Of a stretch of DNA of 39,166 nt, positions 10,742 to 20,418 are shown piece by piece. The DNA comes from an uncultured Pseudomonadota bacterium (GTDB lineage Bacteria; Oederibacteriota; Muellerivitia; Muellerivitales; Muellerivitaceae): NCBI GenBank assembly GCA_963843375.1, contig CAWJKT010000020.1, positions 1 through 39,166 of the forward strand, in the 5' to 3' direction. Within the stretch, counting starts at the first letter, position 1. Every line of letters begins with the position of its first letter. The position numbers and the translations under genes were made by a program. The notes beneath the pieces were generated by a model. The model was not told the DNA's origin, ran no database searches, and worked only from the letters and a program-made list of their open reading frames with translations.

Positions 10742-12406
10742 ATGAAGTCTAATGTTTCGCCATTACAAGCTGCCCGCGTTACCTATAAACCAAAACTTCC
10801 AAAAGTCTTAATGGGTAGTCCTTCAAAAGTTGCCGCTAAGACGGGTAAATCAACCCGATCCATCAGCGACCAAGCGGCCATTCAGGAGCTTTTCCCCAGC
10901 ACCTACGGCCAGCCGGAAATCTCTTTTGTCTCCGGCAAAGGAGTCGCGATCCTCAAGAAGCAATGCAAAGTAGCCTTGGTCCTTTCCGGTGGTCAGGCTC
11001 CTGGAGGCCACAATGTGGTGGCTGGACTTTTTGACGGACTTAAAAAACTAAATCCCAAAAATACTTTGACTGGTTATTTGGGGGGGCCTTCGGGTTTGGT
11101 TGAGAATAAAAAGCTGGAAATCACTGGCAAACTGTTGGCGAGCTATCGCAACACGGGTGGGTTTGACATCCTGGGTTCCGGCCGAACCAAGCTGGAAACG
11201 GAAGAACAATTCCAGGTTGTCCAAAAGAACCTTGTTTCTGCGGGCATAACGGCACTCGTGGTAGTGGGGGGAGATGATTCCAATACAAACGCGGCGGTTT
11301 TGGCCGAGTACTTCAAGTCCCACCAGGTTCCCTTGCGGGTGATTGGCTGCCCCAAAACGATTGATGGAGACTTGAAGAACGAACAGATCGAAGTCAGTTT
11401 CGGCTTTGACACCGCCACCAAGGTTTATTCGGAGTTGGTGGGTAACGTAGGCCGGGACTGTCTTTCGGCAAAGAAATACTGGCACTTCATCAAGGTCATG
11501 GGGCGATCCGCCAGTCATATTGCCCTGGAAGTGGCCCTCAAGGCGCATCCGAATATCTGTCTCATATCGGAGGAAGTGGCGGCCAACCAATGGACCCTTG
11601 GGCAAATCACCTTACAAGTCGCGGAAATTGTGGCGGGTCGGGCGGCGAAAAAGAAGAATTACGGCGTTGTCGTTGTTCCTGAGGGTCTTCTGGAGTTCAT
11701 CCCCGAGATGAAAAAACTTATTGGGGAATTAAACGAGTTGTTAGCCCATAACGCGGAATTCGAGAAACTGGAAACGGCCGAGGAAAAAACATCTTTTGTT
11801 CGTTATAAATTGGGTTCCGATTCGAAGAGCGCGTTTGAATCCCTGCCTCCTTCCATTCAATTCCAGCTTTTGGCCGACCGGGATCCTCATGGAAACGTGC
11901 AGGTCTCGAAAATCGAGACGGAAAAGCTTTTGATCGAGGCGGTCGATCTCAAACTGAAACAGTGGAAAAAAGAAGGGAAGTACCATGGAAAGTTTTCGGG
12001 GCAAGGCCACTTTTTCGGATATGAGGGCCGTTGCGCCGATCCCTCCAACTTTGACGCGGATTATTGTTATTCCCTGGGCTTCACCGCTTCTTACCTGGTA
12101 GGCTCCGGGCTGACGGGTTATTTATCCGGCGTACGGGACCTTCTGAAACCCGCCTCTCAATGGAAATCGGGTGGAGTTCCCTTGACGATGATGATGAATA
12201 TGGAGCGCCGGCACGGGCATGAAAAACCGGTCATTCAAAAGGCCCTAGTGGACCTGAAAGACAAACCTTTCCAGAACTTCGCCGCCTTGCGTAAACAATG
12301 GGCGGAAAATGACGACTTCCGTAGTCCCGGGCCGATCCAGTTTTGGGGGCCTTCGAATGTAGCCGACGCGGTGCCGGAAACTTTACGGCTTGAGCGGGGG
12401 AAGTAA
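10742..12406 (+). CDS. pfp: Pyrophosphate-dependent 6-phosphofructokinase (long type)
   Basis: LSGGQAPGGHNV, GGDDSNTNA, PKTIDGDLK, MGRSASHIALE, HFFGYEGR; GGAGG RBS. Confidence 0.95.
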   Translation: MKSNVSPLQAARVTYKPKLPKVLMGSPSKVAAKTGKSTRSISDQAAIQELFPSTYGQPEISFVSGKGVAILKKQCKVALVLSGGQAPGGHNVVAGLFDGLKKLNPKNTLTGYLGGPSGLVENKKLEITGKLLASYRNTGGFDILGSGRTKLETEEQFQVVQKNLVSAGITALVVVGGDDSNTNAAVLAEYFKSHQVPLRVIGCPKTIDGDLKNEQIEVSFGFDTATKVYSELVGNVGRDCLSAKKYWHFIKVMGRSASHIALEVALKAHPNICLISEEVAANQWTLGQITLQVAEIVAGRAAKKKNYGVVVVPEGLLEFIPEMKKLIGELNELLAHNAEFEKLETAEEKTSFVRYKLGSDSKSAFESLPPSIQFQLLADRDPHGNVQVSKIETEKLLIEAVDLKLKQWKKEGKYHGKFSGQGHFFGYEGRCADPSNFDADYCYSLGFTASYLVGSGLTGYLSGVRDLLKPASQWKSGGVPLTMMMNMERRHGHEKPVIQKALVDLKDKPFQNFAALRKQWAENDDFRSPGPIQFWGPSNVADAVPETLRLERGK

Positions 12407-12415
12407 GGTTATTTC

Positions 12416-13093
12416 GTGCAAGAGCGAATCTTTTCAGATCGAAGTGAGTGGGCATGTCCGCGATGCCGGGAAATATCCGCCGGCCCCAACTGTGATAGAT
12501 GCCGGTTTTGCATTTACGCCGGCTTTATACCCCGCGTTTTTTCTTCCGTGATTGATAAAGGAATCATTTGGTCAGCGGCTCGACTTTTCCTTTTGTTTCG
12601 AAACTTCTCTTTAACCAGTTTTTGGGCTATTACGATTGTGGGTTTCTTTTTTTATCGTTTTTATCATATTGGCTGCGTGGCGCTTTGGGGCCAGACGCCG
12701 GGAAAAATGGCGGCTAAGATTAAGGTCGTCAAGGTGGACGGTTCTTCTCCAACCTTGTTAAACGCTTTTTTGCGAAATTCAGTGGAGACCCTTTTGACCT
12801 TAACCGTCTTGGTCTTGGAAATGAAGGCGGTCACCATGGTTTCATCGGTGGAATTTTCGGCCACCGATTTCGGCAAAAGAGCCGATTTATTGAATAAGTT
12901 TGTACCCGAAATTGTGGTTTATATCGGCTGGGCTACCCAGGCTTTCGTTCTAAGTGAGTTCATCGTCTTGCTCTTGAACAAGAAAAAGCGGGCCATCCAT
13001 GATTTCATTGCCGGAACAGTGGTGATTCATGATCCCCGACTGCCTTTTTTCCCCTGGCGTCGAAAAACATTGGAAAGGGCCAAACCAGCCTAA
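12416..13093 (+). CDS. RDD-family membrane protein with N-terminal Zn-ribbon-like CxxC pairs
   Basis: YAGFIPRVFSSVID, GQTPGKM..KIKVV, RAIHDFIAGTVVI; N-terminal CPRC...CDRC; GTG start. Confidence 0.85.
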   Translation: MQERIFSDRSEWACPRCREISAGPNCDRCRFCIYAGFIPRVFSSVIDKGIIWSAARLFLLFRNFSLTSFWAITIVGFFFYRFYHIGCVALWGQTPGKMAAKIKVVKVDGSSPTLLNAFLRNSVETLLTLTVLVLEMKAVTMVSSVEFSATDFGKRADLLNKFVPEIVVYIGWATQAFVLSEFIVLLLNKKKRAIHDFIAGTVVIHDPRLPFFPWRRKTLERAKPA

Positions 13094-13110
13094 AACCCCA
13101 TTTTTTCATA

Positions 13111-13140
13111 TTGCATTCAAAAGGCCACCGGGCCTATACT
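13111..13140 (+). promoter_or_regulatory. Putative sigma70 promoter of the rpsF operon
   Basis: TTGCAT (13111-13116)-N18-TATACT (13135-13140). Confidence 0.6.
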
Positions 13141-13192
13141 TCACCTCCCTTAAGGTTTAGGCCTTAAGGTTTGTTCCCGCCATGAGCGTCAA

Positions 13193-13277
13193 GCTCCTCG
13201 CAGGAACCTTGTTCCCCTGGGCAAGAGAAGGGGGACTATCCTTATCTTTGATGAGGAATCCAAAAGGAGGTTTGTCC
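13193..13277 (+). promoter_or_regulatory. Putative S6:S18-binding autoregulatory leader RNA
   Basis: GCTCCT (13193-13198) can pair with the SD in TCCAAAAGGAGG (13259-13270), enclosing further hairpins; resembles Firmicutes rpsF leaders. Confidence 0.5.
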
Positions 13278-13784
13278 ATGTCGAATCTTTTGAAGTATGA
13301 CGTCATCTACATTCTGGATCCCAACGCGACCGCCGAGGAAATGACTGCTGTTTCCACGAAGGTTGAGCAAATTGTCACCGATTTCAAGGGAACCGTCTTG
13401 AAGAAGGATGATTGGGGAAAACGCCGTTTGGCCTACATGGTGAAAAAGCACCGTGAAGGGCATTACGTTTTCTTTCATCTTTCCATTTCCACTGAGGCCA
13501 TCGCGGAAGTCACGCGTAACCTTCGCCTGTTGGAAAAAGTCATCAAGTTTTCCGTTGTCAAAGACACCATCAGTCATCTCAAAGCCAAGGTGAAACCGCC
13601 CCGCGTGAAGACGAGTACCACGGAAGGATCTTCTTCCCACCGTCCAAGCAGTCAGCGCCACCCCGGCTCGTCCCACAGTCATTCCACTTCGGCTCCAACA
13701 AACCCGGCTTCCGCTCCGGCGCCCAAGGCCCCTGAAGTTTCCGCCGCTCCCGTAGCCCCTTCACCCGCGCCGACGAACCCTTAA
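13278..13784 (+). CDS. rpsF: 30S ribosomal protein bS6 with long Ser/Pro/Ala-rich C-terminal tail
   Basis: KYDVIYILDP, DDWGKRRLAY.VKK..EGHY; strong SD AAAGGAGG before ATG 13278. Confidence 0.95.
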   Translation: MSNLLKYDVIYILDPNATAEEMTAVSTKVEQIVTDFKGTVLKKDDWGKRRLAYMVKKHREGHYVFFHLSISTEAIAEVTRNLRLLEKVIKFSVVKDTISHLKAKVKPPRVKTSTTEGSSSHRPSSQRHPGSSHSHSTSAPTNPASAPAPKAPEVSAAPVAPSPAPTNP

Positions 13785-13807
13785 CGGTTTAGAATCAGGA
13801 GAAAAAC

Positions 13808-14239
13808 ATGGCGAATTTTAATCGAGTGATCCTGATGGGAAACCTCACGAAAGATCCGGAACTGCGTTACACAGCCGGTGGAGCCCCCGTAGCCAACCTT
13901 CGGATGGCGATCAACCGGGTCTACCAATCCAAGACCGGAGAGAAGAAAGAAGATGTCTGCTATGTCACGGTAGTGGTTTGGAACAAACTTGCCGAGACGG
14001 TGGGAGAGCTTAAAAAGAAAGGTGATCCCATTTTCGTCGAGGGCCGGCTTCAAAGCAAAAGCTGGGAAACCGAGGACAAACAAAAGCGAACCGTCCTGGA
14101 AGTCGTGGCGGACCGTATTCAATTCCTCAACCGTGGCAAAGGCGCGGGGAGCGAGACGGGCAGCCATGAGGCGGTGGAGGAAGAGGGCGTGGTCCAAGGG
14201 CCCGCTGTTTCCGGCAGTGAAGAAGATATTCCCTTTTGA
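13808..14239 (+). CDS. ssb: Single-stranded DNA-binding protein
   Basis: NRVILMGNLTKDPELRYT, VEGRLQ..SW, C-terminal EEDIPF. Confidence 0.97.
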   Translation: MANFNRVILMGNLTKDPELRYTAGGAPVANLRMAINRVYQSKTGEKKEDVCYVTVVVWNKLAETVGELKKKGDPIFVEGRLQSKSWETEDKQKRTVLEVVADRIQFLNRGKGAGSETGSHEAVEEEGVVQGPAVSGSEEDIPF

Positions 14240-14286
14240 AAATTAGTTATTAACCCTGAATCACAAAATTATAAGGAGAGTAGAAA

Positions 14287-14598
14287 ATGGAAAAAGCACC
14301 TGAATTCAAAGGTCCCCGAAGTGAAGGTCCCCGGGGCGAGGGTCGTCCCCGTGGCGAAGGTCGTGAGGGTGGTGGAGGCCGTTTCCGCCGTCCGCGCCGC
14401 AAATCCTGCCGCTTTTGCCAGGAAAAAGTTGTCGCGATTGACTACAAGGATTTCAACCGCATCCGTACCTTCGTCAGTGAGCGCGGGAAGATTGTTCCAA
14501 GCCGCATGACGGGTACTTGCGCCAGTCATCAACGCGAACTAACGACGGCCATCAAGCGCGCCCGCAATATCGCCTTACTTCCGTTCGCCAACGCTTGA
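14287..14598 (+). CDS. rpsR: 30S ribosomal protein bS18 (Zn-binding form) with Gly/Arg/Glu-rich N-terminal extension
   Basis: [25 protein letters not shown]....AIKRAR..ALLPF. Confidence 0.97.
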   Translation: MEKAPEFKGPRSEGPRGEGRPRGEGREGGGGRFRRPRRKSCRFCQEKVVAIDYKDFNRIRTFVSERGKIVPSRMTGTCASHQRELTTAIKRARNIALLPFANA

Positions 14599-14612
14599 AC
14601 TAAGGGGGTCCC

Positions 14613-15396
14613 TTGGAAGCGCTGTTCGTCCTCGTGGTTCAATTCGTCTTGGCGGTTTTTTTCTTCCTTTTCACCAGCCTGGCTTCCGCTTGGGCCCTGT
14701 TGCGGAGTTTCAAGCCCCGGCAGGTGGTTTTGACGGGCGCTTCCGCAATGGTTTTAATGGCCTTGGCGGTAGCTATCCTCAACCGCCCCGACCCAAAAGA
14801 GAATGCCCTCGTTTCCTTCCGGCAGTATTTCACCGATAAGCATTTCGAGGATGAGTGGCAGGAAGATACCCAAACTGCCGTCAAGATGGGCGCGCCCCTG
14901 GATAAGCTGGAGGGGTTCAAGGACGACTACAAAAAATATTTTTATGATCTCCTTCCTTCGTGGGTTGTTTCAGGGTGCCTGGTTTTCGGACTTTTGGCTT
15001 ATTACCTGGTTTCTTTCGTCCTTGCCCGAGTTGACAACCCGGGTGCCCAAAGCCATGGCATTCCAGGAATGGGTGATTCCCGAACCCCTGGTTTTTGGCT
15101 TGATCGTTGCCGGGATTCTCAAAATAGTGGCTGGCGAGAAAATATGGCTCGATATCCTGGGAAGCAATCTGTTGGTTTTCTTTTCAGTGGTTTACGTTTT
15201 GGGAGGATTCAGTATTGTTTCCTTTTTTCTCCACAAGTGGCGACTGCCCGCTACGGTTCGGGTCTTGAGCTATCTCATATTGGTGCAACTGCCGCTGGAT
15301 ACGGTTTGCGCCTTGGGTGTTTTGGACATTTGGTTTGACTTCCGAAAACTTAAAACACGCCAACCCGAGCGCAACGGCGTGACCGACAAGAATTAG
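14613..15396 (+). CDS. DUF2232/YybS-family membrane protein, one apparent frameshift near 15030
   Basis: Position between rpsR and rplI; hydrophobic; C-terminal [12 protein letters not shown] motif in the second frame; ORFs 14613-15338 and 14803-15396 join near 15030. Confidence 0.75.
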
Positions 15397-15410
15397 GAGG
15401 CGAGGAGCTT

Positions 15411-15856
15411 ATGAAAGTCTTGCTAAAAAGCGACGTTCCCAAGATCGGTAAGAAGGGCGAGCTATTAGACGTCAAGGAAGGCTATGCCCGCAATTTCCTC
15501 ATTCCCAACGGCTTGGCTATTGAGGCTACCGGCGGCACGATGAAGCAGTACGAAGAGGAAAAAAAGGCCGGTGACCGCCGCAAAGCGAAAGAAAAAGAAG
15601 ACGCTCAGGCTTTGGGCGCGAAATTAAAGGGATCACGATCACGTTGCGTCATAAGGCCGGAGACGAGGGAAGGCTTTTTGGCTCAATCACCTCCACCGAA
15701 GTGGCTGAGGCCTTGAAACAAAAAGGGTATGAGATCGACAAGAGACAGGTCGTTCTGGACGAGCCTATCCGACTGGTTGGAAAACACGAAGCGAAGATCA
15801 AGCTTCATTCCGAAGTCATGGCCATGGTTAATATTGAAGTGGTGAAACAGCAGTAA
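15411..15856 (+). CDS. rplI: 50S ribosomal protein bL9, one apparent frameshift (G missing in a G-run near 15630)
   Basis: MKVLL..DV..IGKKGE...[12 protein letters not shown], then [13 protein letters not shown]...PIR..G in the next frame; adding one G gives [14 protein letters not shown]. Confidence 0.93.
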
Positions 15857-15938
15857 ATTTCGATATTTCCACGATTACCCTCCAATTCTTTTAATTCAAA
15901 ACCTTTTGAACAATTGAAAACCTTTGTAAAATCGGATA

Positions 15939-15954
15939 GTATACGGGTGTATAC
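15939..15954. promoter_or_regulatory. Palindromic operator-like site GTATAC-N4-GTATAC overlapping a possible -10 (TTGAAA 15914-15919, N17, TAGTAT 15937-15942)
   Basis: Read directly; a near-identical site occurs at 21440-21455. Confidence 0.4.
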
Positions 15955-15955
15955 C

Positions 15956-16170
15956 TTATTCGCGGTTGATAAAACGCCAGCTCTTTTCCACGTTCCATTT
16001 TTGAACTTCCAATCAACCCCGAGCCGATTCCAGAGAAGAAAAAGGTTCGAAAACAATTCAGAGGTTATACCAAAAATAAATTTTTTTCCGACGCCTTTTG
16101 TGGACAAGTAAATTCATTTTGTGGACAGATTGTGAGTAAAACTAAATTCTTTATTTTTTTAAAATTTATC
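15956..16170. promoter_or_regulatory. Cluster of degenerate DnaA-box-like 9-mers next to an AT-rich tract
   Basis: TGTGGACAA 16099-16107, TGTGGACAG 16120-16128, TGTGAGTAA 16131-16139, TTTTCCACG 15984-15992, GGTTGATAA 15964-15972; AT-rich 16138-16170. Confidence 0.45.
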
Positions 16171-16233
16171 CTTTGCATTCGGGATTGGAACGATAGAATG
16201 CCCGCCTAATAAATTTTTTTGGAGATCCTGCCC

Positions 16234-17627
16234 ATGGAAGTCGCTCGTAAAAGTAATCCGCCCTCGCCTTTTCCCAATAATTCGGAGTTCCGCGTACCAC
16301 CCCAAGATTTAGAAGCTGAACAATCGGTCCTGGGCGCAATGATGTTTCCTCCGAGGCTACCCGCATCGTCATCCCGCTGTGCAAATCGGAGGACTTCTAT
16401 CGGGAAGCTCATCGCAAACTCTATCAGGCCATTGTGGCTTTGGATGACCGCAAGGAACCGGTGGACATCATCACCCTGACCAATGAATTGAAAAGAATGG
16501 GCGAGTTCGACACCATCGGCGGGGTTTCCTCTTTGACAACCCTTATCGAGCGGGTGCCCACCGCCGCTAACGCCGAGTATTACGCCCAAATCGTCAAGGA
16601 GAAATCCGCGGCCCGCAAGCTCATCGCCGCCGCCACCCAGGTGGTGGCCGATGCCTACGAGGATTCAGTCCCCATCAAGGAACTTTTGGACGATGCCGAG
16701 CATCGCATCTTCGAGGCCACCGAGCTTCGAGAGGCAAAGGATTTCGCGAGCATCAAGGACTTAATCGGGAACAGTTATGAATACGTCAACAACCTGTCGG
16801 ATCAGAAGATGCATATTACGGGAGTACCCACGGGTTTTTTAGATTTGGACGAACTAACCGCGGGATTGCAACCGTCGGAAATGATTGTGGTCGGGGCCCG
16901 TCCCTCCATGGGAAAAACGAGCTTGGCCTTGAATATCGCCCAGCATGTCTGTATGGGAAGCAACCAGCTGAAGAAAAAGATACCGGTTGGATTCTTTTCC
17001 ATTGAAATGACGGCCAAACAACTGGCTTTGCGCTTGCTTTGTTCAGTGGCTCGAATTGATTTGCAGAAGGCCCGTTCGGGACACTTGAGCGATCAGGACC
17101 GGGGTCGACTGGTCAATATCACGGGCCAGTTTTACGAGGCCAAACTATTTATTGATGACACCTCTTCGATGTCAGTTTTGGATTTGAAAGCAAAGGCCCG
17201 GCGGTTGAAACGGGAGCATGGGATCGGCCTGCTGATTATCGACTATCTCCAACTGATCCAGGCGGGTATCCGCACCGACAACCGTGAACAGGAAATCGCC
17301 TATATTTCCCGTCAATTGAAAGCCCTCGCCAAGGACCTGGATATTCCCGTGATCGTGCTTTCCCAATTGTCCCGCCCCCAAAAGGGCCAGGAAGAAAAGC
17401 GGCCTGTTTTGTCCGATCTGCGGGAATCCGGGGCCATTGAACAGGATGCCGACGTCGTGGTATTCATCCACCGCGAGAGTGAAGGCCAGTCGGAGGACGG
17501 CCACCCGAATTTCAAGTATGAATTAGTGATCGCCAAACAGCGTAACGGCCCTACCGATAACGTTGACGTGATTTTCCGCCGCCAATATACCTCCTTTGAG
17601 TCGGCTTCGCGGGTTTCGGAACGGTAA
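16234..17627 (+). CDS. dnaB: Replicative DNA helicase, one apparent frameshift near 16345
   Basis: RVPPQDLEAEQSVLGAM, then EDFYREAHR in the next frame; ARPSMGKT, IIDYLQL, LSQLSR, SDLRESGAIEQDAD, AKQRNGPT. Confidence 0.95.
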
Positions 17628-17671
17628 CAGTCGGCCCCCATTTTCGGCAATTTTGTTACAATAAAATCCGT

Positions 17672-18804
17672 ATGAAAACAATGCTTTCCCCAACCCCGGC
17701 ATGGGCCGAAGTTTCCATCGGCGCCCTGAAACATAATTTCCGGGAACTTCAAAAACTTGCAAAAGGGTCGGATGTCCTGCCGGTGGTCAAAGCCAACGCT
17801 TATGGTCATGGTCTGGTTCCCATTTCCCAGGCGCTGGTACAAGCGGGAGCCCGGTTCTTGGCTGTAGCTTTCGTGCAGGAAGGGGTGGTTTTGCGCCAAA
17901 TGGGATTCAAGGTGCCGATTCTGGTATTGACCCCCACTTTACCCGCTGAAATTCCATCGCTTTTGAAAAATAAACTCATTCCCCAAGTTAGTTCATTAAA
18001 AGGCGCCCAGGAAATCTCCAAAGCCGCTGGAAAACTTGGGTTGGGTTCTGTCCTCGTTCACGTCAAAATCGACACCGGCATGGCAAGGGTCGGAATCCAG
18101 GTGGACAAGGCTATCAAAGAAATAGAAGCTATTCGCGGGGTGCGGGGAATTCGCATCCAAGCGCTCTATACCCATTTGGCGACAGCCGATTGGTCCGATC
18201 CAAAATACGCCTGGAGCCAAATCACCCTTTTTCAACAGGCTTTGGAAAAAATAAACCAGCGAGGGATGGCCCCGGCCACCCATGTGGCTAATAGCGCGGC
18301 ACTGATTACCTATTATCCCCAGTCAAAAGGGACCTGGGTGAGGCCGGGTATCGCCCTTTATGGGGTTTATCCCAATCCCAGGATGAAAAACCGGATAAAA
18401 CTGATGCCTGTCATGCAGGTGAAGACAAGGGTTCTCCATACTAAGGTCCTGGAAAAAGGAGAGACGGTTAGTTATGGTCGAACCTTCACGGCGAAAAAGA
18501 AAATCAAGGTCGCAACGCTGGGAATGGGTTATGCAGATGGGTTGTTGCGCAGCTTGTCGAACAAGGGCCATTTCCTGATCAAAGGTAAAAAGGTTTCGCA
18601 GTCATCGGAACAGTTTGCATGGATATGACCATGGCGGATGTTTCCCATGTTTCCGGAGTGAGGATGGGAGACGTGGCTACGTTTTTTGGCCGGGATGGAA
18701 AAGCTTTTTTACCGGTGGAGGAGCAGGCGGAACGGGCCGGGACGATTTCCTATGAGTTGCTTTGCGCGGTTGGGGAGCGATTGCCGAGGATTTACCTTAA
18801 GTAG
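17672..18804 (+). CDS. alr: Alanine racemase, one apparent frameshift near 18595
   Basis: VVKANAYGHG, HVKIDTGMARVG, VRPGIALYG, SYG, GYADG; VIGTVCMDMT and GTISYELLC in the shifted frame. Confidence 0.93.
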
Positions 18805-18811
18805 GAAAGCC

Positions 18812-19603
18812 ATGAAAAACAATAATTGGATCGAACGATTCGGAAAATTCCTCGCTTTTTTCATCCATGACATGGGTGAAATGGTTTTTTTGACGATTGG
18901 AATCAACCGTTGGATGTTCAAAAAACCCTTCGACGGAAAATTGATCCTGGAACAAATGGTGAAAATCGGGGTGGAATCCATTCCGGTGGCGGTCAATACG
19001 GCGCTTTTCACCGGTATGGTGCTGGCCCTGCAGTCGGGCTATACCCTGGAAACCAAGATCAAGGGCGTCTCCCAGTTCATCGGTTCGGTGGTTTCCATTT
19101 CCATGGTCCGGGAACTGGGCCCGGTCTTGACGGCCATGGTGATCGCGGGCCGAATGGGGTCGGCGGTGGCGGCCGAAATTGGCACCATGCAGGTGACCGA
19201 GCAGATCGACGCGCTTTATACCTTGGCCGCGAACCCGGTGAAGTACCTGGCGGTTCCCCGGTTCCTGGCCTTTACCTTCATGCTGCCTCTCTTGATTATC
19301 TTTTCCGATCTCATCGGTTGGATGGGCGGGCTTTTCATCTGCTCGATGAGATTCACGTCCTCCACCGTCTATATTGAAAGCACCCGGACCTCCCTGGAAA
19401 CGGGGGACATTATGGGCGGGGTCATCAAGGGCATGTTTTTCGGGGCCATCATCGCGGTTGTTTCCTGCCGCCAGGGTTTCGCTACCACCAACGGGGCCGA
19501 AGGGGTGGGCAAAGCTACCACGAACGCTGTGGTTTTTTCCTTCATGCTCATTCTTATTTCGGATTACTTCCTCAACGCCATCTTAATAGCGTTGCACATT
19601 TAG
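18812..19603 (+). CDS. mlaE: MlaE-family ABC transporter permease
   Basis: RELGPVLTAMVIAGRMGSAVAAEIGTMQVTEQIDAL, YLAVPR, GAEGVGKATTNAVV. Confidence 0.93.
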   Translation: MKNNNWIERFGKFLAFFIHDMGEMVFLTIGINRWMFKKPFDGKLILEQMVKIGVESIPVAVNTALFTGMVLALQSGYTLETKIKGVSQFIGSVVSISMVRELGPVLTAMVIAGRMGSAVAAEIGTMQVTEQIDALYTLAANPVKYLAVPRFLAFTFMLPLLIIFSDLIGWMGGLFICSMRFTSSTVYIESTRTSLETGDIMGGVIKGMFFGAIIAVVSCRQGFATTNGAEGVGKATTNAVVFSFMLILISDYFLNAILIALHI

Positions 19604-19611
19604 GGGGAACC

Positions 19612-20383
19612 ATGGACGGTCAAAAAGACAATTATCAAACTCCTCAACGTCACCAAAAGCTTTCGGTGACCGGAAGGTATTGGACGATATCAATCTGGAG
19701 GTTTTACAGGGAGAAACCCTGGTCATCATCGGGCGGTCCGGGGTTGGGAAAAGCACCATCCTGAAGCATATCGCGTGCCTTCTAAAGCCTGATGCCGGTG
19801 AGGTTTGGGTGGAGGGACAGGAGGTCACCCGAATCGAGGAAACGGAGATCAACGAACTGCGCAAGAAGATGGGAGTGGTTTTCCAATACGCGGCTTTTTC
19901 GATTCCCTGACGGTTTTCGAGAACGTAGCTTTCCGGCTTTTGAGGGATTTCCGAATGCCCGTGGCTGCAGGCCGTCGAGGTGGTCAAAAAGAAACTGGAA
20001 TTGGTGGGCCTTAAAGAAGATTTGTTGGACTTGAAACCGGCCCAGTTATCGGGGGGCATGCGTAAGAGGGTGGGGTTGGCGCGGGCCATCGCGGTAGACC
20101 CGGAGATCATTCTTTACGACGAACCAACCTCCGGTCTGGATCCGGTTTCCTCGGAGGCCATCAATGACCTCATCGTGGAAATGCAGAAAAAACTGGGAGT
20201 CACATCGGTGGTGGTCACCCACGATATGCACAGCGCCTACAAGGTGGCTAACCGTATTGCCATGATATATGATGGGAAAATCATCGGGATCCGGCACGCC
20301 GGAGGAAATCCGTGCAAAGCCAGGATCTCTATATCCACCAATTTGTCACCGGCAGCGTGGAAGGGCCCATGCCGGTTCGTTGA
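19612..20383 (+). CDS. mlaF: MlaF/Mkl-family ABC ATPase, about six apparent frameshifts; exact end uncertain (20383 or 20409)
   Basis: Fragments in alternating frames: IIKLLNVTKSF, GRSGVGKS, VVFQYAA, FDSLTVFENVAF, LSGGMRKRVGLARA, LYDEPTSGLDP, VTHDM, GTPEEIR, HQFVTGSVEGP. Confidence 0.85.
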
Positions 20384-20418
20384 AGAGGCGTTTTTCAACT
20401 CTGGAATAAGGAAGACCT

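Noticed and set aside
13182..13277. Longer N-termini given by the ORF track for rpsF (and similarly mlaE, gltX, cysE, cysS, ispD)
   Set aside because: Downstream ATGs coincide with the family N-termini, several with clear SD sequences; the upstream extensions overlap neighbouring genes or leaders
15805..16111. ORFs in the rplI-dnaB spacer (15805-16107 minus, 15914-16111 plus)
   Set aside because: No RBS or recognisable motif; the region looks regulatory
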